Below, piece after piece: positions 37,419 to 48,400 of a stretch of 64,000 nt of DNA. The stretch lies in IMG/VR virus record IMGVR_UViG_3300042892_004016, positions 32,001 to 96,000 of that record; one strand, given 5' to 3'. The translations under genes were made by a program, and so were the position numbers. The first letter of the stretch is position 1; every line of letters starts with the position of its first letter. The notes below the pieces were generated by a model, which made no database searches, was not told where the DNA came from, and saw only the letters and a list, made by a program, of their open reading frames with translations. Origin of the DNA: a virus.

Positions 37419-40400
37419 ATGGCATTAAAAAACTTTAATAGTGAATCAGGTTTTAGCGTAGGAGTATATCCTACCATTGAAGTTATTGATCGTGATGGTA
37501 AAGTTATTGCCACTACGCTTGATGTATCTGGAGCTATCATAGCGCAGTCAACCCTGGTGGTACAGGGTGATGCCACCATATTTGGAAACTTGGTGGTACA
37601 GGGCACTGCTATTTACGCTAATGTAGAAACAGTAAACATAAAAGATCCAATTGTAGAGCAAGGCGGCAACCCTAATGGATATCCACTAACAGCCAATGAC
37701 ACTATTAACAGAGGTACTCTACTACATTACTTTGTGGGAGACTCAGCCACTGGCAGACCTGTGGATGCGTTCATGGGTTGGGATAGTAATAATAGCCAAT
37801 TCACATTTGCCAGCAATATATCTTATGTAGAAAATGAAGTAATAGTACATGAATACGGTAATATACAGGCTAAGAATTTTGTTGGCAATGGAGCACAGCT
37901 AACCAGTATTACTGGAGCCAGCGTTACTGGAATAGTAGCAGAAGCTGAATATTCAAACACTGCAAACTATTCTGCATATGCTGGAAACGTAACTGCATCT
38001 GCCCAGCCAAATATAACCTCACTGGGGTCATTAACTGGCTTGACAGTTGATGGAGACATCAATGCTGGCATAGTCACTGGTACATTCTTTGTTGGTAATG
38101 CATTCAGACTGGACCATATAAACGGCGCAAATGTAAGCGAAGTGTCTTTAGCTACTTTTGCAACATCAGCAGAACAAGCTAACAATTCTAACTATGCAGG
38201 CAACGTAACGGTTCCAGCGCAACCGCTAATCACCAGTGTTGGAACACTAACTGGCTTAACAGTACACACGGCTGCAGATAATGGTAACATCACCGTAGAT
38301 AATGCCAATTTAGGCAATTTAGCAGTTGCCAACTTCTTCTCAGGTGACGGACGCTTACTAAGCAATATAACTGGGGCTAACGTAACCGGTGAAGTTGACT
38401 TTGCTGCAACAGCAAACGCAGTAACAGGGGCCAATGTAGCTGGTGAAGTAAGATTTGCCAATCTGGCAACATACGCAACCAATGTGGTTGCATCAGCCCA
38501 ACCAAATATTACCAGTGTTGGTACGCTTGACAGTCTGGCTGTTACTGGTGCTGTTACTGCCAGTTCGTTCAGTGGCAGCGGCGCCAGCTTATCAGATATT
38601 AACGGTGCAAATGTAAGTGAAGTTCCCAATGCACATTATGCCAGCCTCTCAGGTTTGGCTGACGTTGCCACAGTATCAGGCACGGTAACTGTAGCAGCAC
38701 AGCCCAACATTACCAGCGTGGGCATACTAACAAAATTAATAGTACACCAGGCTGCAGATGGTGGCAACATAGGAAATATCACGGCAGATAATGCCAATTT
38801 GGGCAACGCAGTTCAAGCCAATTACTTTTTAGGAAATGGCTCACTACTAACTGGTGTTGTGGTAGGCTTAGCAAATGCTATTGCCAATGGCGACAGTAAC
38901 GTATCGGTATTCAACACCACTATTGGACTATCGGCAAACAACACAGCCAATGTAGTGTTGATTACGTATGACGGTGCAAATGTAACGGGCAACTTAACAG
39001 TGACTAAAACAGTCACTGCAGAATCGATCACTGGTACTCTGACAACTGCCGCTAGTGCCCAGCCCAACATAACAAGCTTGGGTACTCTAACTGGTCTGAC
39101 AGTAGAAGGTGCAGTAACTGTAACCAGTTTGGTTGGTAACATATCGGGCAAGATTGCTGCTCCTGGTAGTGAAAGTGAAATATCCTACAACAAAGATGGA
39201 AATCTTGCTGCAAGTGCTGCATTTGCGTTCAACGATGTAGCCAACATATTAACTGTTACTGGTAATGTAGAAGTATCAAACTACTTGACCAGAGACAGCA
39301 AGTCAGTTCCTACGTTTGTGAGTTCAGGTACCAGCCCCGACAACCCACAACTGGGTGATCAATGGTATGACACTGATACCGATGTGATATATCAATATAT
39401 CTTCGATGGCGAATCATTTGCATGGGTTGATATAAGTACTGGCTTTATTAATGCCAACACACAGGCTACTCCAGATACACTAGCATTTAGAACATCAACT
39501 GGAAACATCGCAGCCAATACATTTGTAGGCAATGGCTTATATGTAACTGATGCAACCATAACAGGCAACTTGGTAGTCTCAGGTGATACTGCATACGTCA
39601 ATGTAACTGCCCTAAATATCAAAGACCCTATTATTCAATTGGGCAATCTCGCAGATGGCGCACCACTTACACTAAACGATGATAAAGACAGAGGCGAGGT
39701 ATTACACTATTACAGCGGAGGCGCAGCCAAAGCCGCATTTATAGGGTGGGATAACAGCAATGCAGAGTTTGCATTTAGCAGCAATGTTACACTAAATGAA
39801 AACGTAGTAACTATCAATGAGTTGGGCAATGTCAGAGCAGGCTATTTTATTGGCGACGGCAGCGGATTAACCAATATTAATGCTGCGGGCGCGGGTATTA
39901 CTGGAAACGTAGTCACGCTGGGTACACCAACTGACAGTGATATAGTCTCACCTGGCACAGTTACTACTTGGGAAACCACTACAACAGTGACAGACGCGAT
40001 TGACGACTTGAACGAAGCAATGGAGAACGTGAGAAACAATACTTACGTTAAGAGCGTTTCGTTTACTGGTACACCAACAGCAGGAGGTGCAGGAACAACT
40101 GTCACCCTGACAATAACTTCAGTTGGTAATCCAAACAGATACGATATCACTTGGGGCGATGGCACACAAACTTTGGCAGCAACCAGTACCACGCCAACAC
40201 ATGTGTATGCAACCAATGTGGGATCACCCTACACTATAACAGTCAGAGCATATAACAATGCAGGCAGTGGAACCGGCAGTGAAGCCAGCTTCTCACGTGC
40301 CAGTTATATAATAATTTACACAGCAAACCCGGTAGTAACTTTTGGATTATACAGAGCAAGCACCGGCGGCGCTGCACTATCTGGTAGCACACTTTATGCT

Positions 40401-42278
40401 TCAGAAGGCGAAACAGTCTATTTAGAGAATACAACTACAAACACATCAGGCGCAACAGTTACCTACACTATCAATTGGGGTGACGGCAATACTGATACTA
40501 TAGCCAGTGACAGTGTTGCAGGCGGAGTGGGCGGCGGCAGAAAGAGCCACGTTTATGCTACTGGACAGAACTCAGGTACTGGTACAAAAACAATCACATT
40601 GACTATTACCAGTCACAATACAGCAACTCCTAGCTACATAGCAGCTGGTCCAAATAGTACAGCAGCTATCAAAGTATACGATCCTGCAATTGGCGCTCCT
40701 GCGGGACTCGGTACTAAGACAATCACATTCAGCAGCAGCGTGGGCACAAGTCCATATCTAGCTAGTGGATTTGCAAACAACACAGGCGGCGCAACAACAT
40801 ATGTTGCGGGTGTCGCGGTAAACAGAATATTAACTGGCAGCGCGAACTCAGTTACATTGACCTCGTATGCATATGATGGCGACAGCGGTACACTAGCAGC
40901 ATACATTAACGGTGTGGATTCAGGTAATATAGAGTTGACCTCTGCTGATAACTCAGGTACAAACGGCGCATTAATTCTGAACTCAGAGAGTGACTATAAC
41001 TTGCTAACCAGCGCTGGGCTATCAATCACATTTGCTCTGTCAATTTATAGTCCAGGGTTATACAAAGGATTAAAAGCCACTGTATCAGAAGCAGTCAGCG
41101 CATTGAGTCCTGGCGTGAACAACATGAAGTTAGCGCATACTACCAGTGGAAATACTAACATAATTGAATTTGTAAAAGATGATGTTACCCTGGTGCCCAC
41201 AGTTGACTTGACTAATGCAACAGTTGCAAATGCCACTAACGGCACATATCGTTATATTTCGGGTATTCCATACTACAACACAGGTAGCCCTACTGTAACA
41301 CTGGCGGGCGCCAACGTATACAATTGGATAGGTCAAACGTATCAGAATACCACTAGTCCCTTTCAAATTGCGGCGGGTACAAATGATGAAAGCACAACAG
41401 GCAATGTGGTTGCAGCGCAAGCAAAAACATATGCGAACTTGGACGGTGCAGTAACATTCCTGTCAGGTGGCATACCAAAAGCAAATACAGGTAACACCAG
41501 TGTAAATGCATACACTGTTGGCAGTCAATCAATAAATGTGGCTCCAGCTGGTATCGCAGCAGTGCAAACTGTCAAGTTCTTGGCCACTAACGTCAACGGC
41601 ACTGGGGCATACGCTACTCACAGCAAAAAGATACAGGTGTTTACTGCAACTCCAAGTGGGTTTGTAGAGGACAGCATAGCATGCGCAGTTGGTGGAACCA
41701 ATGCTGTGGCCAAGCGAATCGTAATAGATGGCACAGGCTCAACACGAGCATACAATTCTGCTACCAATTACTACACCAGTGGATTATGGTCTGGCGCGCA
41801 AACAATCGCAGGCACAGATAGTGCAGTGGTTCGTTGGAATGCACTGAAACATTATGCTACAGACTTGACTGCGTATCTGCCAGCTGGTCCTGATTTAGCA
41901 ACAGGCAGAAGCACTGCACAATATTTCTTTGGCGCGTTCAGCAGAACAGCAAAGAGCAGTTTTACTGTTACAATTACTGGAACAATACGAGGATTGTACT
42001 TTGCTGCACCAGGATCATCAATAGATACTACCAGTACATTAAATGGCTGGTTAGATGCAAGTATAGCGTATAACGGTTCTGGTGTACCGGGAGCAAATGG
42101 AAATGGTTCAAATGGATGTACAGTGGGAACTACTGTGCCACTGGGCACTGCGATCTCAAATCAAACATACACGATAACATTGGGATCAGAGAGTACAACT
42201 AACTCAACTGGCAATCAAATATTATTCTCTATTGCACTTAACGCAGGCGATACAGTAACATCATGGAGCTTTAGTTAA
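37419..42278 (+). CDS. Large fibre-like structural protein with two PKD-like domains (1619 aa)
   Basis: Five AQP.ITS.G.L repeats, two KDPI..DRG domains, P.LGDQWYDTD knob, ITWGDG..THVY and INWGDG..SHVY PKD-like motifs. Confidence 0.75.
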   Translation: MALKNFNSESGFSVGVYPTIEVIDRDGKVIATTLDVSGAIIAQSTLVVQGDATIFGNLVVQGTAIYANVETVNIKDPIVEQGGNPNGYPLTANDTINRGTLLHYFVGDSATGRPVDAFMGWDSNNSQFTFASNISYVENEVIVHEYGNIQAKNFVGNGAQLTSITGASVTGIVAEAEYSNTANYSAYAGNVTASAQPNITSLGSLTGLTVDGDINAGIVTGTFFVGNAFRLDHINGANVSEVSLATFATSAEQANNSNYAGNVTVPAQPLITSVGTLTGLTVHTAADNGNITVDNANLGNLAVANFFSGDGRLLSNITGANVTGEVDFAATANAVTGANVAGEVRFANLATYATNVVASAQPNITSVGTLDSLAVTGAVTASSFSGSGASLSDINGANVSEVPNAHYASLSGLADVATVSGTVTVAAQPNITSVGILTKLIVHQAADGGNIGNITADNANLGNAVQANYFLGNGSLLTGVVVGLANAIANGDSNVSVFNTTIGLSANNTANVVLITYDGANVTGNLTVTKTVTAESITGTLTTAASAQPNITSLGTLTGLTVEGAVTVTSLVGNISGKIAAPGSESEISYNKDGNLAASAAFAFNDVANILTVTGNVEVSNYLTRDSKSVPTFVSSGTSPDNPQLGDQWYDTDTDVIYQYIFDGESFAWVDISTGFINANTQATPDTLAFRTSTGNIAANTFVGNGLYVTDATITGNLVVSGDTAYVNVTALNIKDPIIQLGNLADGAPLTLNDDKDRGEVLHYYSGGAAKAAFIGWDNSNAEFAFSSNVTLNENVVTINELGNVRAGYFIGDGSGLTNINAAGAGITGNVVTLGTPTDSDIVSPGTVTTWETTTTVTDAIDDLNEAMENVRNNTYVKSVSFTGTPTAGGAGTTVTLTITSVGNPNRYDITWGDGTQTLAATSTTPTHVYATNVGSPYTITVRAYNNAGSGTGSEASFSRASYIIIYTANPVVTFGLYRASTGGAALSGSTLYASEGETVYLENTTTNTSGATVTYTINWGDGNTDTIASDSVAGGVGGGRKSHVYATGQNSGTGTKTITLTITSHNTATPSYIAAGPNSTAAIKVYDPAIGAPAGLGTKTITFSSSVGTSPYLASGFANNTGGATTYVAGVAVNRILTGSANSVTLTSYAYDGDSGTLAAYINGVDSGNIELTSADNSGTNGALILNSESDYNLLTSAGLSITFALSIYSPGLYKGLKATVSEAVSALSPGVNNMKLAHTTSGNTNIIEFVKDDVTLVPTVDLTNATVANATNGTYRYISGIPYYNTGSPTVTLAGANVYNWIGQTYQNTTSPFQIAAGTNDESTTGNVVAAQAKTYANLDGAVTFLSGGIPKANTGNTSVNAYTVGSQSINVAPAGIAAVQTVKFLATNVNGTGAYATHSKKIQVFTATPSGFVEDSIACAVGGTNAVAKRIVIDGTGSTRAYNSATNYYTSGLWSGAQTIAGTDSAVVRWNALKHYATDLTAYLPAGPDLATGRSTAQYFFGAFSRTAKSSFTVTITGTIRGLYFAAPGSSIDTTSTLNGWLDASIAYNGSGVPGANGNGSNGCTVGTTVPLGTAISNQTYTITLGSESTTNSTGNQILFSIALNAGDTVTSWSFS

Positions 42279-43675
42279 TGGCTATTACCGATATTCAAAA
42301 AACAGACTTTCTGTGGAAAAAGTTAGGTTATGGCGTAGCCAAAACTGACACTGACACTAACAAGAAAGCATACGAAGAATCCATATCAAGCCCGCTGCTT
42401 ATTCGCGGTGATAGGATTTGGCAAGAGTCAGGGTCAATCCCAACAGTAAAACCAACTGCCACTACCAGTTTAGTTACCATATATAAAGATGGCACTGGCT
42501 CGTGGTTATCCACAGTAAAAACCACAGAAGATGCCACTGCCAGTGATAACAAGACTTGGAAAACCAATTTAACAGATTGGATCAGTCCTGAGTTTGGCGC
42601 ATCCTATCAGGTAGAAGTGTACATTGACAGTAGTAGTGCTGCCAACCCACAAACTACTGGTACTAAAATATTTTCTGCTGGATCTGGCAACAACGATGAA
42701 TGGTTCTTTGATTATCAAGCGGGCGTCTTGCACTTTATTGGTGCAAACTTACCCACTGCAATCACTACTGGAGTAACTGGCAAAAGCATCTATGTGAGTG
42801 GTGCCAGATACGCCGGTGGTCTTGGCTTTGGTAGCAGTTCAATTTCCAGCATTGGTAACATTGTAATCACTGGCAACACCATAGCCACCATAAACGATGC
42901 CAACATCATACTGGATCCCAGTGGTACTGGCAATGTTCGGGTAGTTGGTAATCTGTTTACAGACAATATACTAACAGACAACTATTACTATGCTAATGGC
43001 GTTGCATTGGACATGCAACAGCCAGCCGGAGTCAATACTCAGATACAATTTAACTCCACTGACAACTTTGGCGCAAGCGCAAATCTTACATTTAATGCAG
43101 CTACTAACAAACTAACAGTAGTTGGTAATATAGAAGCAACCTACTTGTTTGGCGATGGCGGGCTATTAAGCAACATCATATCTACCAGCGGTGTCGCCAC
43201 CACGATAACAGCGTCAGCACAGCCCAATATTACCAGTGTGGGAACAACCCTGACTATAGGCACAGCAGAGTCAAGTACTTACATTGATAACGGAAGTATC
43301 ACTGCATCCGGTAATCTGGTAATAAACGGCGGGAATATATCACTGGGTGGAGCAGTACTGGCAGTGAGTGGAGCTGGTGCAGGAATCAGCGTAGTAACTG
43401 ACACTGTGGTAGATTCGTTCGCAATAGAAGATTTCAGGACAGCTAAATATATCATAAAAGCGGGAAATGACATGGGCTACCAGTCATTGGAAGTACTATT
43501 GATTCATGACGGTATCGACAGCTATATTACAGTATATGGGGCTATCAGCACTGTGGAATATGACGATATCATTACGCTCACCAGCAATATAGTTTCAGGC
43601 AATGTCAAGTTGTATGCTACTGGTTCAGATACCAATACAGTAGTGAACTTCTTGAGCACTTATGTTAAAGATTGA
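42278..43675 (+). CDS. Virion structural protein (465 aa)
   Basis: TAATG coupling to the previous gene; fibre repeats; C-terminal FRTAKY.I...YQSLE.L.IHDG...YG domain. Confidence 0.75.
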   Translation: MAITDIQKTDFLWKKLGYGVAKTDTDTNKKAYEESISSPLLIRGDRIWQESGSIPTVKPTATTSLVTIYKDGTGSWLSTVKTTEDATASDNKTWKTNLTDWISPEFGASYQVEVYIDSSSAANPQTTGTKIFSAGSGNNDEWFFDYQAGVLHFIGANLPTAITTGVTGKSIYVSGARYAGGLGFGSSSISSIGNIVITGNTIATINDANIILDPSGTGNVRVVGNLFTDNILTDNYYYANGVALDMQQPAGVNTQIQFNSTDNFGASANLTFNAATNKLTVVGNIEATYLFGDGGLLSNIISTSGVATTITASAQPNITSVGTTLTIGTAESSTYIDNGSITASGNLVINGGNISLGGAVLAVSGAGAGISVVTDTVVDSFAIEDFRTAKYIIKAGNDMGYQSLEVLLIHDGIDSYITVYGAISTVEYDDIITLTSNIVSGNVKLYATGSDTNTVVNFLSTYVKD

Positions 43676-43690
43676 GGATAATATATAATT

Positions 43691-44497
43691 ATGGCAAATA
43701 AATATTTTAATGTTAAAGACGGAATAAAATCCGGTAACATAACATTAGAAGCCACTTCGGGTAATGCCAATCTGGGTAACATAAAGTCAACTGGTGTAGT
43801 TTCTGCCGTAGACCTGATCCTGTCTGGCAATGTACGAAGCAACCTCTTACCCAATGTAACTAACACGTTTTCGCTGGGATCTTCCAGCCAGGTGTTCACC
43901 GATGTATTTGTAGCTAACTCAATCGCTCTTGCCGGGCAAACTATAGTAGGAAACACCGCGGCCAACACTGTTGTGATTTCGGGCAATGTTATTATTGCCC
44001 AAGCCAATGTAACCAATATAAAAGTAACTGATAAGATAACCACAGCAAACTTTAGAGTTACAGAACTGGCCAATATTGAGAACATACTTGTCGCCAATCA
44101 AGCTAACTTTAGCAACGGGATTTCAGTATCTGTTCTGGCTACATTGAATGAACTAAGAGTAACCACCACAGCAAATACAGCTAACTTAACAGTCACAAAT
44201 ACTGCTACAATTGAGACCCTCTCTGCTAATAATATAACTGGAAACTCTCTGACCATCAACCTTGACGCAGAAATCAAGGGTAATCTGGCAGTGAATAAGC
44301 AGCTGGTGATAAATAGTACTACTGATTCTACCACAACCGACACAGGTGCAATTGTCGTCAAGGGTGGGGTAGGAATTGAGAAGGATTTGACTGTTGGGGG
44401 CAATATTAATCTGGCAACGCAGACTAATAAAACCCCAAAAGCTGGCATTAACTATAATGACAGCGGCACCGGCAGTATAGATTTTGGATTTAAATAA
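43691..44497 (+). CDS. Short fibre-like protein (268 aa) ending in SIDFGF motif
   Basis: LLPNVTNTFSLGSS and STTTDTGAIVVKGGVGI fibre motifs; SD GAGG. Confidence 0.75.
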   Translation: MANKYFNVKDGIKSGNITLEATSGNANLGNIKSTGVVSAVDLILSGNVRSNLLPNVTNTFSLGSSSQVFTDVFVANSIALAGQTIVGNTAANTVVISGNVIIAQANVTNIKVTDKITTANFRVTELANIENILVANQANFSNGISVSVLATLNELRVTTTANTANLTVTNTATIETLSANNITGNSLTINLDAEIKGNLAVNKQLVINSTTDSTTTDTGAIVVKGGVGIEKDLTVGGNINLATQTNKTPKAGINYNDSGTGSIDFGFK

Positions 44498-44515
44498 TTT
44501 TTATAGGAAAACAAT

Positions 44516-45460
44516 ATGGCAGCAGTAAAAGCAAGGCTCACGAACGACGGTACATTACTGACTGTTGGTGAGTTTGATGAAACCCTTGAAGTAAGAGATT
44601 GGGTAACTGATGAACTTAGTCCCCATAGTATTACGGCAGATAACATATTCTCTGATGAGTTTGATGAAGTCACTATGGGGCTGGGCGGCGCAAGTGGCGG
44701 TTCGTTAGAATTCAACGGTACTACTCAAAAACTAGATTTGGGCAGCAGTGAAGATTTTCAATTTGGTAGAAACACAGTTGGATCAAATGCCAACGACTAC
44801 ACAATTGAGGGTTGGTTCTTTATAAGAGCTGAGCCTATTCCATACATGAGACTATGGTGCTTTACTGACGGAGACAACGTTGAAGTTTTGGGCAGTTCGG
44901 TATATTATTGGAATGGTGGATCTCCTGTTACCAGCGGGGCCGGAGTAATTACTCCTAATGCATGGTATCATATTGCATTAGTTAGAAATGGCGGAACGGT
45001 AAAGCTATACGTAAATGGAGCTTTATCAATCACTGATAGCAGTGGTGGAGTAGACAGTGCAAGTTCACGTATACTAACAATCGGTGGAGAAGCAACCAAT
45101 TCGGTAGGTGGTCAGGATCCCACGCCAGCCGTATTTGACGGATATTTCAAAGGAAGAATTAGCCAATTTAGAATTGTTAAGGGAGATGCTGTTTATACTG
45201 CACCGTTTTCCTCTAATAATTTAACACCATTTACAGCAGTATCAGGAACAAAATTGTTGCTAAATGTAGCAACGCAACAAACTTTGATAACAGATAGTTC
45301 GGGAACGAATAAAACTGTTACAAACACAGGCGGGGCAATGTTTAGTTCATCTACCCCATTATCAACAGCGAACAACGGAGCAATGAAACAGTTAAAGACT
45401 GGTACACTGCGAGTTCTAAACGAGATTGATGAACATACAGGTATAATTACACCTGAATAA
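44516..45460 (+). CDS. Adaptor-like protein with inserted LamG/concanavalin A-like domain (314 aa)
   Basis: DYTIEGWF...WYHIALVRNGG.VKLYVNG...F.G.ISQFRIVKG.AVYT; termini homologous to ORF 49323. Confidence 0.75.
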   Translation: MAAVKARLTNDGTLLTVGEFDETLEVRDWVTDELSPHSITADNIFSDEFDEVTMGLGGASGGSLEFNGTTQKLDLGSSEDFQFGRNTVGSNANDYTIEGWFFIRAEPIPYMRLWCFTDGDNVEVLGSSVYYWNGGSPVTSGAGVITPNAWYHIALVRNGGTVKLYVNGALSITDSSGGVDSASSRILTIGGEATNSVGGQDPTPAVFDGYFKGRISQFRIVKGDAVYTAPFSSNNLTPFTAVSGTKLLLNVATQQTLITDSSGTNKTVTNTGGAMFSSSTPLSTANNGAMKQLKTGTLRVLNEIDEHTGIITPE

Positions 45461-45489
45461 ATTATAAACCCAATTAAAGGAAATTAAAA

Positions 45490-48400
45490 ATGGCAAAACT
45501 AAAAAGTGGCACGCGAGTATATGGTGGTCTTACAGTTGATACAACATTACTGGTGCAAACAGATGCAACAATTACCGGTAACTTAACAGTTAACGGAACA
45601 ACTACTTCGGTAAACACTACCAACATCACCGTAAAAGATCCAATCATTGATCTGGGTGGTGGTGCTGATGGTGCGGCACTGACAACTAATGATGGCAAAG
45701 ATCGCGGTACGTTATTACGCTATTTCGATGCAGCCGCAGAGACACCAGTAGCTAAAAATGCATTCATGGGCTGGGACAACTCGTCTGGTGAATTTGCAGT
45801 AGCCTCGAATGTCACCATTGTTGGTGAAATAGTAACCTCATACACTTACGGTAACGTTAGAGCAGGCATATTCCACGGCGATGCAGCCGGATTAACCAAT
45901 ATTCAAGGTGCTCAGGTATCTGGTACTGTTGCTTTAGCATCAGCAGCTACAACTGCAGGCACAGTGACAACAGCAGCACAACCTACTATTACCAGTGTTG
46001 GTACACTAACTGGGTTAGATGTAAGCGGAACAACTGACTTGTCAACTGTAAACAGTGATGGTATTGTTACTATATCAAACGCAACAGCAGCAACCTCAAC
46101 TACATCTGGTGCACTACAAGTAACAGGCGGCGCTGGCATTGGTGGCAATCTGCACGTTGGTGGAACAATCACTGGTAGCTTCTCAGGAACAACCAGTGCA
46201 CCTGGTTCAACCACACAAGTCGTGTTTAACGATGCCGGTACATCTAACGCAACTGCAGAGTTTACTTTTAATAAAACTACTAACACAGTAAGTACAGTTA
46301 ACTTGGTATTAAGTGGCGCAGCTAATGTTGGCACTGATATCAACATGACTGGTGCTACTGCCAGCATTAAGGGTACAACTCTTACTGCTAACGGTTCAAC
46401 TGCATTAAATCTAGAAGGATCAACATCAAATATCGCATTGGCTGCGACTGGTGCAATCATCACAACTGCAGGCGGCAATGTAAAGCTTGATAATAGCGGT
46501 GACTTAACTCTCAGTACAGGCGCTCTAAAACTACCAAATGCAAATATCAGTTCAACTGGTACAGCTAATTTAGGTGGTGCATTAAATGTTGTTAATACTG
46601 CTAACGTAGCTGATGTTATTGCTAGAAACTTTACTGAAAATCAAATCGCATACTCAGACGGTACTAGCAAATTAGTTGGTTCAGGTAGTTTCACTTACAA
46701 TGCAGGTTCCAGCACATTAGCTGCTCCTACAGTAAGTGCAACTGACGTAAATACTGCTAATGTAACAGCAAGTAGTTTGACAGAAACCCGCGTAACATTC
46801 GCTGGTACAAGTGGCAAATTAGTTGACAGTGCAAACTTAGCGTTCAACTCAACATCCAAAACGTTATCAGTTGACAATGCTACAATGTCTGGTACTGCAC
46901 AAGCAGCAGAAGTTATTGTTACTACGCTGACATCAACACGTTTACCGTTCGTTGACTCAGACAAATCATTGACAGACAATGCAAACTTAACATTTACTGG
47001 TGGTAATGTACTAACAGTAACTGGTAATGTAGCTGCAACAAACATCCTAACCGATAACTTACGTTATGCTAACGGCGTGGCATGGGACTTACAACAAGCT
47101 GCTGGTGACACTGGTCAAATTCAATTCAATAACGGCGACGACTTCACAGCAAGTGCAAATCTATCATTCAACACAACTGGTAACACGTTAACTACTGATA
47201 ATTTACAATTAAACGCTGATGCAAATGTAGCTAATGCAACTGTCAGAAGTTTAACTTCAGGTCGTGTTACTCTTGCAGGTACAGGTGGTAAGTTAGAAGA
47301 TAGTTCAGGCCTAACATTTAGCTCTAGTAACCTAGCAGTTGCTGGTAACATTGCAATGAGTGGTGCAGCTAATATTAGTGGTGCAAACGTTGTTAGCGCA
47401 ACAACTGCTAATATCACAACTTTAAATGCAACCGGTAGTGCTGACATTGGCATTGATTTGAAAGTTAGTGGTAATGCAAACGTTGTTGGCACATTAAAAG
47501 CAGGTGATACAACAATTGCTGGTAACTTAACAGTAACTGGTACTACAACAAGTGTTAACACTACAGTCACACAACTTACTGATCCAGTATTCGAATTAGG
47601 CGGTGGCGCCAATGGTGCACCATTGGATACAGATGACGGTATGGATCGCGGTCTGGTACTGCACCGTTATGAAGGTGCTTCAGTAGTAGATTCATTTATG
47701 GGTTGGGACAATTCTGCATCAGAATTTGTCTTAGCTAAAAATGTAACAATAACAGATAACGTTGTTATAGTTCCTGGAACTACCGCTGCTGAAATAACAG
47801 CAAATCTTGGTGACTTGCGCATCGCTAACATTTTTGCACAAAACGCTAACTTTGGTGGTGTCGTATTCTCAGAAGGCAACGTTACTTTAGGTGCTGGTAG
47901 TAAATTCGTTGGTACTCTTGAAGGTGACGTAGTTGGTAACTTCAGCGGTGACATTACAGTTACTGGTGGTGCAGGTGCAATTCAATTTGCTGACGCAGAC
48001 GATCTACTAACATCCAGTGCTAATTTAAACTTTGTTGATAGTACACAAACATTAACGGTTGGTAACGGAACAACTACCGGTGAAGTTAAAGCTAATTTAA
48101 TAACAGGTACACTAACAACAGCAGCACAGCCAAATGTGACTAGTGTTGGTACATTAACAAGCCTAACGGTAACAGGCGATGTTGCAGCAGGTAATGTTAA
48201 GACAAATAATCTGTTATATGCAAATGGCGTTGCTTGGGATCTACAACAAGCAGCTGGTGATACAGGTCAGATCCAATTTAACAACGGTGATGATTTCTCA
48301 GCAAGTGCGAATCTAACATTTGCGGACAACACACTGACTGTTACCGGTACTGCAAACGTAATTGGTACAGTTAATGCAGCTAATGTAACTGTTTCTAGCT

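Noticed and set aside
44491-44496. TAAATA upstream of ORF 44516
   Set aside because: Formed by the last codons and stop of the previous gene (TTT AAA TAA) and preceded by T rather than A/C; probably coincidental.
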